64,000 nucleotides of DNA from a virus (lineage: Duplodnaviria; Caudoviricetes). The translations under genes and the position numbers were made by a program. How positions within the stretch are numbered: the stretch's first letter is position 1; each line of letters starts with the position of its first letter. Shown piece by piece: positions 36,479 through 47,100 of this stretch. Below the pieces are notes generated by a model. It was not told the DNA's origin, did no database searches, and saw nothing but the letters and a program-made list of their open reading frames with translations. The DNA is taken from positions 1-64,000 of the IMG/VR virus record IMGVR_UViG_3300032216_001891; one strand, 5' to 3'.

Positions 36479-39283
36479 ATGCCCATAAGCAGATTAAATC
36501 CTGTGGTGTCAGAAATCAATGCTAGAGCCAGTTCTAAAACTGCCACCGACGCTGTGGTCAAAGACAATGTTCCTGTTTTTACCCAGAATCAATTGTATCA
36601 GCCTGTTGAAGTTGCTAGAACACAAAACACAGGTACCGCGGTTCCCGCGGGTACCACTGAATTAACCACAGAAGAGTCGGCTCGCATTGACCCTTACAAT
36701 CCCAATTCGTGGGGCAGTGAAGGCGCCGCAGTGCCGTATACTCCCAACCCGGCACAACAGTCCGCATCAAACCAGCCCACCAGCCGCGGTAATCAAGCCG
36801 GAGGAGTGTTGACTCCTGCAGACCAATCCTCAAAGAAAAACACTTCCAATGCCGACGCAGACACAGCGGTGAGTTATCAAGTCTCGGGCAATCGATTAAG
36901 TCAATACAACAATTACACCTACGGTTTAAGTCTACATGCACTTAGCCAAGAGGACTACAGACAGCTGAACAACGATCCAAAAAGTTTTGCCATAGGTAAA
37001 GAACGTACACTGATCAGTTCTGCCAGTAGACACCATGCCACTAGGAATCAGTTTTTTACTGATGATTTTTACTTTAATGATTTAAAGTTGAGCACTGTGA
37101 TTGGACTCAATGCCACCAGTAGATCCAGCAACGCAATTGAAATTTCTTTTACTATTATTGAGCCCTACGGTATGACGTTGATTAATAGATTACTGGATCT
37201 CAGTGAAACTACACTGCAAATAGAAAACTATTTGCAAATTCCCTACATATTGGAAATTGATTTTTTTGGGTACAACGACGCCGGCGACATTGAGAAAAAA
37301 ATTACAGAATTAAATAAAAAAATTCCCATTAAACTAACCAATATGAAAATGCGAGCCACTGTGCAAGGCACCGAATATCAAATCACAGCAGTGCCATTTA
37401 ACCACCAGGCCAATTTTTATAATACACAATCACTTAAAACCACAGTAGAAGTCACAGCCAGTACTGTGGGCGAGTATCTCAACGATCGAGGGGCAGATGT
37501 TGCAACTGTCAACTCCTCCAATTCTGTATACACTAATATTAAAAAAGACAACGAGAGAAAAGAAACAATGGCCAAAAACATGTCCGCTCCTCCAGAGCTG
37601 GATCCAGAGGCCTATGGAATCACTGTTGCTAAACCAAACAATGCCCAAGCAACCACAGCACTTGATAAAAATGGAGGATCAACCTCCGCAGGGTCCGAAA
37701 GCAGTTTAAATCTTGTGGTCAAAACAAATCGAGGATTTGCAGCTGCCTACAATGCTTGGTACAAAACACTGGTGACGAATCGAGATCCTGCTATCCTAGT
37801 GCCAGATGAAATCTTTTTTAACATCACCAGCGACAAAATAAAAAATGCCCGTGTGGTTCCAAACAAAAAACTCAATGTAAACAAAGAAGAAATGGACAGC
37901 AGCGAAGCAAGTAAAAAAGCTAATGAAACAAACAAAGGCACAGGCGGAACAACAGCAGTTATTGCGGGCCAAGGCTCCAGTCAAACATTTACTGTCAATG
38001 CTGGAACTTCAATCCAATCGGTTATAGAACAGGTGATCACCAACAGCGAATTTATTACTAACCAACTAAAGGCCGAGGGCAGTCAAGCCAAAGATTCGTC
38101 TATTCCAACCAGTGCTGATGCACTCAGCAAGGCCGTGGGCAATAAGGATATAAATTGGTTCAAGGTGGTGCCCAAAGTTGAACTGACTAAGTTTGACAGC
38201 GAACGCCAAGAGTGGGGTAAAAAAATAACATTTGTCATCAGCGAATACATACATTACAATACCAGTGATGACCGTGCACCAAAATCTCGCTTGCCCCGGC
38301 CGGTTAAAGATTATCAATATTTCTACACGGGAAAAAATCAAGATGTTATTTCCTTTGATTTGGATTTTAATACTTTATTTTACACTGCTATAAACTTGGA
38401 CAAAAACGCCAAGACTGTGTCGGCAATGACACCCAACTCCAATGATGCCAACAAAGACAAGGATTCATCAAACAAGTCAAAAAAAACAGGATATCAAAAT
38501 GTGCTGAATGCCACAAAACAACCGTTGAGTGCCGATAATCCCAATTCCAGCGGCAGTAATTTAACCACTGCTGCGGCACAAAAAAATACCAGTTTTAGAA
38601 GTAGCATTTACAATCAAATTGGCGGCGACATGTTGAATTTAAAATTAAACATCATGGGCGACCCAGATTTTATTAAACAGGATGACATACTGTATTCCAT
38701 TGGCACTGCAGGATATACTCCAAATCAACAATTTGTCAACGGCGACACCGGCAGTTTGGTAATGGATCGCGGGGTTATATTGTGTAATGTGACATTTCAC
38801 ACTCCCTCGGACATTGACGAGGCCACTGGAGGACTGAGTTTTTACCGAGGTAACAAAAACAGCAGTAGTTTCAGTGGGCTATATCAACTGATAAAAGTCA
38901 CCAGCGAATTTCGCAGTGGTAAATTTACCCAAACTCTAGAAGGTTTTAGACTGAGAAATCAGCCCGGCGACGGTAAAGAAGACAGTGCCAGTGATTCCCA
39001 AAGAAACAACGAACCCACCGCGCCAAAAAACCTTGGTGCTGTGGTACAGAAAGCTAACACAGTTATTATCGACAATGCAAAAAAAGAGCCCAACAAAGAA
39101 GCAGAAACTATTGCTGATGAAACATTTGAAACCCCACCAGTGGCCACTACAGAATTAAGAGATGCTCCCGAGTTAGACCCTGATGCATACGGATTACAAA
39201 CAGTGGTAGATACTGCACCCACAGTGGCAATTGGTGACAACTCGATCACCACTGGTGAATCAATAATAGGTTACTCTATATAA
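36479..39283 (+). CDS. Baseplate hub protein (gp27/VgrG-hub-like)
   Basis: FTIIEPYG, Y.Y.YTGKN, IMGDP and SGLYQLIKVTSEF..GKFTQTL. Precedes the gp5-like gene. Confidence 0.6.
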   Translation: MPISRLNPVVSEINARASSKTATDAVVKDNVPVFTQNQLYQPVEVARTQNTGTAVPAGTTELTTEESARIDPYNPNSWGSEGAAVPYTPNPAQQSASNQPTSRGNQAGGVLTPADQSSKKNTSNADADTAVSYQVSGNRLSQYNNYTYGLSLHALSQEDYRQLNNDPKSFAIGKERTLISSASRHHATRNQFFTDDFYFNDLKLSTVIGLNATSRSSNAIEISFTIIEPYGMTLINRLLDLSETTLQIENYLQIPYILEIDFFGYNDAGDIEKKITELNKKIPIKLTNMKMRATVQGTEYQITAVPFNHQANFYNTQSLKTTVEVTASTVGEYLNDRGADVATVNSSNSVYTNIKKDNERKETMAKNMSAPPELDPEAYGITVAKPNNAQATTALDKNGGSTSAGSESSLNLVVKTNRGFAAAYNAWYKTLVTNRDPAILVPDEIFFNITSDKIKNARVVPNKKLNVNKEEMDSSEASKKANETNKGTGGTTAVIAGQGSSQTFTVNAGTSIQSVIEQVITNSEFITNQLKAEGSQAKDSSIPTSADALSKAVGNKDINWFKVVPKVELTKFDSERQEWGKKITFVISEYIHYNTSDDRAPKSRLPRPVKDYQYFYTGKNQDVISFDLDFNTLFYTAINLDKNAKTVSAMTPNSNDANKDKDSSNKSKKTGYQNVLNATKQPLSADNPNSSGSNLTTAAAQKNTSFRSSIYNQIGGDMLNLKLNIMGDPDFIKQDDILYSIGTAGYTPNQQFVNGDTGSLVMDRGVILCNVTFHTPSDIDEATGGLSFYRGNKNSSSFSGLYQLIKVTSEFRSGKFTQTLEGFRLRNQPGDGKEDSASDSQRNNEPTAPKNLGAVVQKANTVIIDNAKKEPNKEAETIADETFETPPVATTELRDAPELDPDAYGLQTVVDTAPTVAIGDNSITTGESIIGYSI

Positions 39284-39290
39284 CATCAAC

Positions 39291-39297
39291 TTAAATA
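39291..39297 (+). promoter_or_regulatory. Late promoter box (TTAAATA), probably leaderless
   Basis: 6 nt before ATG 39304, no SD. Confidence 0.5.
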
Positions 39298-39303
39298 CAC
39301 ATT

Positions 39304-42300
39304 ATGCCATTAGATAAAATAGCAGGAACCAAAATACCCAAATGGGCCACGAGAGAAGGTGTCTCGGGCATCAAGTTTGACACAGCCACATTCATGGGAG
39401 TGGTAAAGGACAACCGAGATCCCCGCAAACTGGGCAGATTACGAGTGTGGATTCCAGAATTTGGCCTAGGCGATCCCAGTGTAGAAACAGCATGGCAAAC
39501 AGTAAATTATGCCAGTCCGTTTTTTGGTGCAACATTTGTGGGAGATAAAACCACAAACAATCAATTTGAAACAACCAATCACACCTACGGCATGTGGATG
39601 GTACCCCCGGATGTTGGTAACCAAGTGCTGTGTACCTTTGTCAACGGAGACCCCGATCGTGGCTACTGGTTTGCTTGTGTCAACCCCACTATAGGGCATT
39701 ACATGGTTCCAGCCTTGGCCGGTGCTAGAAAAACCGACACCGAGTTGGCCAGTGCAGATTTAAAAAGCAGTTTGGTCACTGACGGTAGTCAAGTATTGCC
39801 GGTGGCAGAATACAACGAAAATCGCGACGATGCTTTTGCACCTGATGCTTATAATAACGCTAGGCCCATACACGAATTTCAAGCCAATGTACTGTTTCAA
39901 CAAGGCCTAGACCGAGATGCAGTTAGAGGAGCAATAAGCTCTAATAGCCAAAGAGAAAGTCCCAGTCATGTGTTTGGTATCAGTACTCCGGGACGAGCCT
40001 TGGGCAACGATCCCTCTGACGATCCTGAGTATGAGAAAAAACTAGCCAATGGCTCGATCAATATTCTTGACTACGAAGTCAAGGCTAGAAAAGGTGGTCA
40101 CACCTTTGTCATGGACGACGGTGATGTCACAGGAAATGATCAGTTGGTACGCATACGGTCATCTGCAGGACATCAGATCTTAATGAACGACACCGAAGGC
40201 ATCATGTTCATCATTAACTCCAGTGGCAGTAGCTGGATTGAGTTGAGTAAAAATGGCGACATGAACATCTATAACGGTGGTAGTTTCAGTGTTCGTGCTC
40301 AAGGAGATATAAATCTACGTGCAGACAAGAACGTCAATATCGAAGCCGGCAGTGCTTTGAATTTACGAGGTGGCACCTATGTCAACGCAGTCAGCGCCGA
40401 TATTAATATTTCGGCCACTAGTACCACCAACGTTCACGGAGCTAAAACCAATATTGGTGCCAGCGGCAAATTGATCGTGGGCGGTGGTGTAGTATCTGTG
40501 GGCTCTGACGGTGCCTTGGAGCTCAAAGGCGGCTCTGTGGCACTGGACACTGGCGGAGCCAACAATGCCGGGTCGGGAGTGAGTTTGCAAACTCGACAGT
40601 TTCCCGACACTAGTTACGATACTAAAACTCGACTATGGAACAGTGTAGCTGATCAGGCTGCCAGCATAGTGACAATATTTCCAGCACACCAACCTTGGGT
40701 TAAATCTTCTACACCTGGTGCTGGAACCGAAGCACCTATACAGATATTGCCAGTGAGTGTATGTCCACCTAGAACTGCCGCATCCCCTGGCGACTATATA
40801 TTACCCAAACCCAATGGAAATAAATTAGACCAGGGTAGAGTTGGCATGAATACTGCCAAAGGGTCAGCACCGTGGACCACAGACACAGCATTTTTAGAAA
40901 AAACCAAACAGGTGGCCTCTGCTGTGGGCTTTGCTAGTTATTTAGATTTGTTGGCGGCGATGATGTTGGAAACTATCTACACGTTTGATCCTAACATTAG
41001 GGGTGGATATAAAGACTTGTATGTGGGCCTGATTCAATTTGGGCCAGATGCAGCCAAAGAACAACGCACAACCACACAAGCCTTACAACAACTGAATCGA
41101 GTACAACAATTAGATAATGTTCAAACATATTTGTTAAATCGTAAACGAGAACGCAAGATAACTACTTTTAGACTCTGCGATGTCTATGCTTGTATAAACT
41201 GGCCGGCAGCAGCAGGTCAAGATCTTGGCTATATCTGTTATGGTGGAACCCAAGGTAATCCTGCTGGAAAAACTTATTCTGATCTTCAAGTCACTGCTTA
41301 TACCGCCAACAGTTTATTTGATACTGCTAAAAAAGGCTACATAACCTTGGGCGATTTCCAAACATACATGGAAGGGTATTTAACAAAAGTCAAACAAGCA
41401 CTAGCCAATGCTGGTGCAGTTGATCCCGCAGGAACACTACAATCCGGTTCGGGAATTAAAGTCACAGACAGTTCAGGAAATGCCATAGCTTCAGGATCTA
41501 AAACCACCAGTGCCAACACCGACGTCGGCATCAACAACGCATACGGTCGCACAGTATCATCCAGCTGTCCCAAAGATTGGTTAGGCAAGCAAGAAGTATA
41601 TAAATCTCCAACAGCCATCAGTAGCACAGCCCCCTTGTTGACCCAGGCCTACACTACTAATATGCATGCCGAACTGGGCTATTTTGAAAGCCAGTGGGAC
41701 TATGCCAGCACTGGTGGAAAAACCTCAACACCCGCAGGTGCAACTATTAACGTCGGCACCAAAGGTACAATATTGGTCATGGGCGACAGTATTGCTTATG
41801 GCACCGGCCAAGCACTACAGAAGAAATTGTCCGCAACCAGTGTCATGGCTCGAGTTGGCGACAACAGTACAACCATATTGTCCAATGCCAAAAATCCTCC
41901 AGCTCCGGCTGTGGGACGTGTAGGAACTTATCAAGATTATCAGTACGAAAATGATTGGGTAGGCAAGGTCAAAGTAGCAGTTATATCCTGTGGTAGTAAC
42001 GACATTGTCAAAGGTGTAGGCAACAAGGCACAGTTAATTGAGAACTTAAAAGCCATTAGATCTGCGTTACGAGCAGAAAAATACATTTGGATTTTACCCT
42101 ACGACAGCATAGCCTGCGGAGCCGTAACGCAAGTTGCCAACCTCACCGGCGATAAAACACTGTCTCTAACCGATTACTCTAGTGTTGATACACCACCACT
42201 ACACCCACAAGCCTACCCACCTGTAGCAGTTGCACTACAAAAAATGATAACCGAAATAACAGCTGGATCACCCGGCAGTGACACTACAGCCAAGGCCGCC

Positions 42301-43692
42301 ACACCGGGTGATGGCACAAGAATTGGCAAGTACCAAGTGGATGCTTACTTTTTGGCCGAAGCTGGATATATCAAACCCGATGCTATCAAACAATACGGCG
42401 CTCAAACACTGTCTAAAAATGAAAGTTGGACCGGCAAGGACAGCATACGCAGTCAAAAAGATTTCCTTGCTAATAAACAACTGCAAGATGATTTACAAAA
42501 TAAAGAATTTTTAACCAACTATAAAACACTAGTGTCTCTCAAAGGTATCAAACCCGAAGACGACATTTGCATGGCCGCCGGCATGTTATTTGTAGCACAC
42601 AAATATCGCAGTCCGCAACTGGCCACCGAGTGGCGCCAGACTGGTAAAGTAAAAACACCGCCCACAGTTTCTGGAGAAGCTGGTACTGCTGAAGAATACT
42701 TTAATCACGGTAGATATGCAATTGATGTGCTGAGTGCTCAAGCCATAACCGGCACCAGCAATGCCGCAGGCCCGATTGATCTCAGTATTGATCCCGACAC
42801 AGTGATGCAGTTTAGAGCCAGCGGAACACTGGGCGATCGAGCACACTTTGACGCATCTAATCCTGTACTGCGATCATCTACACTGCAAATGGCCAAGGCC
42901 TACAAGGAAAAGTACGGTAAAAAATTGCCAGTCAATACCTCTTATCGCAGTAATGAAGAACAGGCGGCATTGTATAACGCCTATGTTGCTAGAGGTAAAA
43001 CAGGAATACCTGCAGCACCTCCGGGATCAAGTCAACACAACTTTGGGCAGGCCATGGACATTCAACACGATGTATATGCACTTGACACAGAATTGGGTCT
43101 AGGCAAATACAATTTAAAAACCATCCCCAACGATTGGCCACATATACAAACAATCAACACCAAGGCCTCAGACGGCGACACAACACCTAAATCCAGTGCT
43201 CCGGGTGATCAGCTGGTGGTATTGATCACTGGTTTAGAATCGGCCGGCGAAGCGTACAAGACCGGGGTTCGAGCACTAGCTGCACAATTGACTGGAATGG
43301 GCGCCAGTGCAGAAGTGTTTAGTTGTACTAATATTGCCGGAGCCACAGCCTATGTCACAGCCAATCGTGGAACCAAGAAGGTAATATTAATTGGATTTAG
43401 TAAAGGTGCTGAAATAGTTAATCAAATGGCTGCTACAGGTATGAAAATAGATCTCATGGTGTGCATTGACGGATTCCCCACAGTGGGCATGCGTTTGGCC
43501 AATTTACCGTCAAATGTAGTACGAGCAGTAAATTACTATAATCCACGTAATTACGGTAATTCTGGTTACGGCAATCCTTATCCGGCTCCCCCGGCTGCCC
43601 CAAGAGTTACACACATAGCAAGCAGTGTCAATCATATGGCCATTGTGGCAGCTGTGTCAACTAACATAATCTCTGATGTGAAATCAGCGTAA
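39304..43692 (+). CDS. gp5: Baseplate central spike (gp5/VgrG-like) with several cell-wall hydrolase domains
   Basis: OB-fold DP..LGRLRVWIP...PPDVGNQVL, beta-helix GHTFVMDD/GHQILMND, then lysozyme-like, SGNH, M15 peptidase and alpha/beta-hydrolase motifs. Confidence 0.8.
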   Translation: MPLDKIAGTKIPKWATREGVSGIKFDTATFMGVVKDNRDPRKLGRLRVWIPEFGLGDPSVETAWQTVNYASPFFGATFVGDKTTNNQFETTNHTYGMWMVPPDVGNQVLCTFVNGDPDRGYWFACVNPTIGHYMVPALAGARKTDTELASADLKSSLVTDGSQVLPVAEYNENRDDAFAPDAYNNARPIHEFQANVLFQQGLDRDAVRGAISSNSQRESPSHVFGISTPGRALGNDPSDDPEYEKKLANGSINILDYEVKARKGGHTFVMDDGDVTGNDQLVRIRSSAGHQILMNDTEGIMFIINSSGSSWIELSKNGDMNIYNGGSFSVRAQGDINLRADKNVNIEAGSALNLRGGTYVNAVSADINISATSTTNVHGAKTNIGASGKLIVGGGVVSVGSDGALELKGGSVALDTGGANNAGSGVSLQTRQFPDTSYDTKTRLWNSVADQAASIVTIFPAHQPWVKSSTPGAGTEAPIQILPVSVCPPRTAASPGDYILPKPNGNKLDQGRVGMNTAKGSAPWTTDTAFLEKTKQVASAVGFASYLDLLAAMMLETIYTFDPNIRGGYKDLYVGLIQFGPDAAKEQRTTTQALQQLNRVQQLDNVQTYLLNRKRERKITTFRLCDVYACINWPAAAGQDLGYICYGGTQGNPAGKTYSDLQVTAYTANSLFDTAKKGYITLGDFQTYMEGYLTKVKQALANAGAVDPAGTLQSGSGIKVTDSSGNAIASGSKTTSANTDVGINNAYGRTVSSSCPKDWLGKQEVYKSPTAISSTAPLLTQAYTTNMHAELGYFESQWDYASTGGKTSTPAGATINVGTKGTILVMGDSIAYGTGQALQKKLSATSVMARVGDNSTTILSNAKNPPAPAVGRVGTYQDYQYENDWVGKVKVAVISCGSNDIVKGVGNKAQLIENLKAIRSALRAEKYIWILPYDSIACGAVTQVANLTGDKTLSLTDYSSVDTPPLHPQAYPPVAVALQKMITEITAGSPGSDTTAKAATPGDGTRIGKYQVDAYFLAEAGYIKPDAIKQYGAQTLSKNESWTGKDSIRSQKDFLANKQLQDDLQNKEFLTNYKTLVSLKGIKPEDDICMAAGMLFVAHKYRSPQLATEWRQTGKVKTPPTVSGEAGTAEEYFNHGRYAIDVLSAQAITGTSNAAGPIDLSIDPDTVMQFRASGTLGDRAHFDASNPVLRSSTLQMAKAYKEKYGKKLPVNTSYRSNEEQAALYNAYVARGKTGIPAAPPGSSQHNFGQAMDIQHDVYALDTELGLGKYNLKTIPNDWPHIQTINTKASDGDTTPKSSAPGDQLVVLITGLESAGEAYKTGVRALAAQLTGMGASAEVFSCTNIAGATAYVTANRGTKKVILIGFSKGAEIVNQMAATGMKIDLMVCIDGFPTVGMRLANLPSNVVRAVNYYNPRNYGNSGYGNPYPAPPAAPRVTHIASSVNHMAIVAAVSTNIISDVKSA

Positions 43693-43699
43693 TTTTAGA

Positions 43700-43706
43700 A
43701 TAAATA
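43700..43706 (+). promoter_or_regulatory. Late promoter box (ATAAATA), probably leaderless
   Basis: 7 nt before ATG 43714. Confidence 0.55.
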
Positions 43707-43713
43707 CAATACT

Positions 43714-44091
43714 ATGACTACACTATACAAAGGATTCAGCACTGTCAACAGATACAAAAAGTTTCGTGTCACTGACATTGACTTGATCAAACAAGATCTA
43801 ATCAATCACTTTAATATTAAAAAAGGTGAAAAAGTCATGCAACCGGACTTTGGTACTATTATTTGGAGCCTGTTGTTTGAGCCCATGACTGCTACAGTAC
43901 GACAGGCCATCATCGACGATGTAAAAACTGTAGTTGGTTATGATCCGCGTACCAATTTACAAAACATCACCATTAATGAATATCAAAATGGCATACAAAT
44001 AATGGTAGATTTACTGTATATTCCCACCAATCAATTGACTGCATTGAACCTGCAGTTCGATTCTCGCACACAACGACTCACAGTAAGATAG
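43714..44091 (+). CDS. gp25: Baseplate wedge subunit
   Basis: IKQDLINHFNIKKGEKVMQPDFGT.I..LLFEP...DPR. Confidence 0.9.
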   Translation: MTTLYKGFSTVNRYKKFRVTDIDLIKQDLINHFNIKKGEKVMQPDFGTIIWSLLFEPMTATVRQAIIDDVKTVVGYDPRTNLQNITINEYQNGIQIMVDLLYIPTNQLTALNLQFDSRTQRLTVR

Positions 44092-44119
44092 CTAATAATA
44101 TACGTTGTTTTCGATTGTA

Positions 44120-44126
44120 ATAAATA
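44120..44126 (+). promoter_or_regulatory. Late promoter box (ATAAATA)
   Basis: Upstream of ATG 44148. Confidence 0.55.
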
Positions 44127-44147
44127 CTCTATAAGGGATATTTACGC

Positions 44148-47100
44148 ATGTCTATCACTACACGTCAAACAAATTTATTGGTAAATCAGGACTGGACTAC
44201 CCTGTACCAAAGTTTTCAAAATGCCAACTTTCAAAGTTACGACTTTGAAACCATACGCAAAAGCATGATTGATTATTTACGTAACTACTACCCAGAAGAT
44301 TTCAATGATTTTACCGAAAGTTCAGAGTACATAGCACTGATTGACTTGATTGCTTTTTTAGGGCAGAGCCTAGCATTTAGAACAGATTTAAATGCACGTG
44401 AAAGTTTTTTTGACACAGCACAACGACGTGATAGCATTTTAAAATTGGCTAGCTTGATCAACTACAATGCCAAGCGTACAACACCGGCAGCAGGCTATTT
44501 AAAAATTGACAGCATCACCACAAGTGAGAGTGTGACCGACAGCAACGGATTGAATTTAGCCAACCTGTTGATCAATTGGAACGACACCACCAACGAGGAT
44601 TGGCAAGAGCAGTTTACTGCGGTATTTAATGCTGCTTTGATCAGCAATCAAAACATCGGCACTCCGGGTAACACACAAGACATCAACGGTATTTTAACCA
44701 GTGAATACAGCATTAACCTGTTGGGCGGTGTTATTCCCACCTACACTTTTAATGCTACAATAGAAGGTACAAGCACAGCATTCGAAGCGGTGAGTGCCAC
44801 ATCGGTGGGACAAAGTTATGTGTACGAAGCCAGTCCAGCACCCAGTGGTAGATTCAATATTTTGTATCAAAACGATAATCTTGGCAATGGCAGCAACAAC
44901 ACCGGTTACTTTGTTTATTTTAAACAGGGCACACTGAACAATTTAGTGCTAAATCTACAGCAAAGTTTACCCAACCGTGTGGTGAATGTCAATTACGACA
45001 ATATCAACAACACAGATGTTTGGCTATACAAACTAGACAACGCCGGAGTGCCCAGCTCCATATGGAGCAGTGTTCCTGCTGTGGCCGGCATCAATATCAT
45101 TTACAATCAAAGCACCAGTCGTAACCTATATCAAATCAACACAAGAGCCAATGATCAAATTGACTTGGTATTTGGTGATGGTAGTTTTGCCAATATTCCA
45201 CAAGGCAATTTTCAATTATTTTATCGAGTCAGCAACGGATTAAATTACAAAATTACCCCAGACGAAATGCAAAATATTGTAATTGCAATAAACTATGTCA
45301 GCAAAAACAACCGAGTAGAAACACTCACCATGCGTGCCAGTCTATACTACACTGTCACTAATGCTGCCACAAGAGAGTTGATTGATGATATTCGTGTGAA
45401 AGCACCACAGCAGTACTATACACAAAATAGAATGATCACCGGTGAAGACTATAATCTTTTCCCTTATACCAACTTCAGCAGTATTTTAAAAGTCAAGGCA
45501 GTGAACAGAACCAGTTCTGGCATCAGTAGATATCTAGATGTGCTGGATGTCACAGGCAAATATTCCAGCACCAATATGTTTGGCACCGACGGATGGTTAT
45601 ATCAACAAAATTCTGTACCCAGTTCAACGTTTAGTTTTACATCAACTAATGACATAAACAACGTAATTTATAACACAGTAATACCTATTTTAAACAGTAC
45701 TGAAGTCAAGCATTTTTATTATGCCAACTACACAAGATATGCTCCAGCGTCCACAACCACGTGGACTCAAGCCACTGCTGATTCTGGAAGCAGCTCCGGC
45801 TACTTGGTGAATGGCACTGTGATACAAAATGTAGGATATGTAACCAATACTAACTTTAAATACATCACCACCGGGGCACTATTAAAATTTACAGCCGGTA
45901 CAGGCAACTATTTTAACGCACAGAACATAATAGTATCGGGCACTCCTGTATACGCAAACGATAAAAAATACATTTGGTCATTGGTGTCCTCGGTCACCAA
46001 CAGCAACACACTGCAAATAACACAAAATATTCCCACTGGTGCTGTGCTTGAAAGTATTATTCCTGTATTTAAAAATGATCTCAGCAACTTGACTTTTGTC
46101 AACACCATGGTTAATTTGATAAAAAGTTATAAAAACTTTGGGATTAGATACGATGTGCCCGCACAGACTTGGAAGATTATTGCACCGGCTGATTTGAACA
46201 CCACCACTGCGTTTAGCCTGACCAATACTGGTAGCACCACGGGAACTGGATTAGACAGCAGTTGGATAATAGCATTTGCTTATAACGGGGTCAACTATAA
46301 TCTAGCTCATCGTAACTTAAAATATGTATTTGAAAGTTTAGAACAAACACGTTTCTACTTTGATAAAAAAGTAAAAGTATTTGACAGCAAGTCGGGATCA
46401 ACTGTGATTGACCAAGTTTCAATATTAAAAAACAACACAGCACCCGATAGTTTAACCGCAACACTGGGGCAGGATCAACGCTGGTATATTTACGACAATG
46501 TCATTACCGCCGACGGAAGAATCGACTATACACAGGTATTGGTTACCTTTAGTGCTGTTAATAACGATGGTGTTCCTGATGATCCGGATATTTTTAGCAA
46601 CATAGCCAATACCACACCCAGTGGACGATACGTATTTTTCCAACAAGTCACTGATGCCAACACCAATGCTGGGAATTTTTTAACAGCGGCTCCGGTAGAC
46701 AACACATCGATAGTAACAATATACACAACTCAAAGTGCTATATTAGCCAATCAAAATTTATATGTCAACGGGCAAGTATTTTATGCCACCAGTGAAAACA
46801 AATTTTATGTATTGTCAATATCTGTTGCAGGAACACGTACACTTGCACAGTCTACCAGTTACATAGCTGAAATTGGTAGACAAAATTTGAATTTCCAATA
46901 TAGACACAACAGTCCAAACACACATCGTGTAGATCCCAGTCCAAATAATATCATGGACCTGTACTTATTGACTGCATCATATACCTCGGACTACACAGCA
47001 TGGATACGTGACACCACTGATACTCTCACTGAGCCAGCATTGCCCACCAATGAAGAATTAAAATTAGCCTATGGTTCTGGTGCCACCAGCTTGGAAAATT

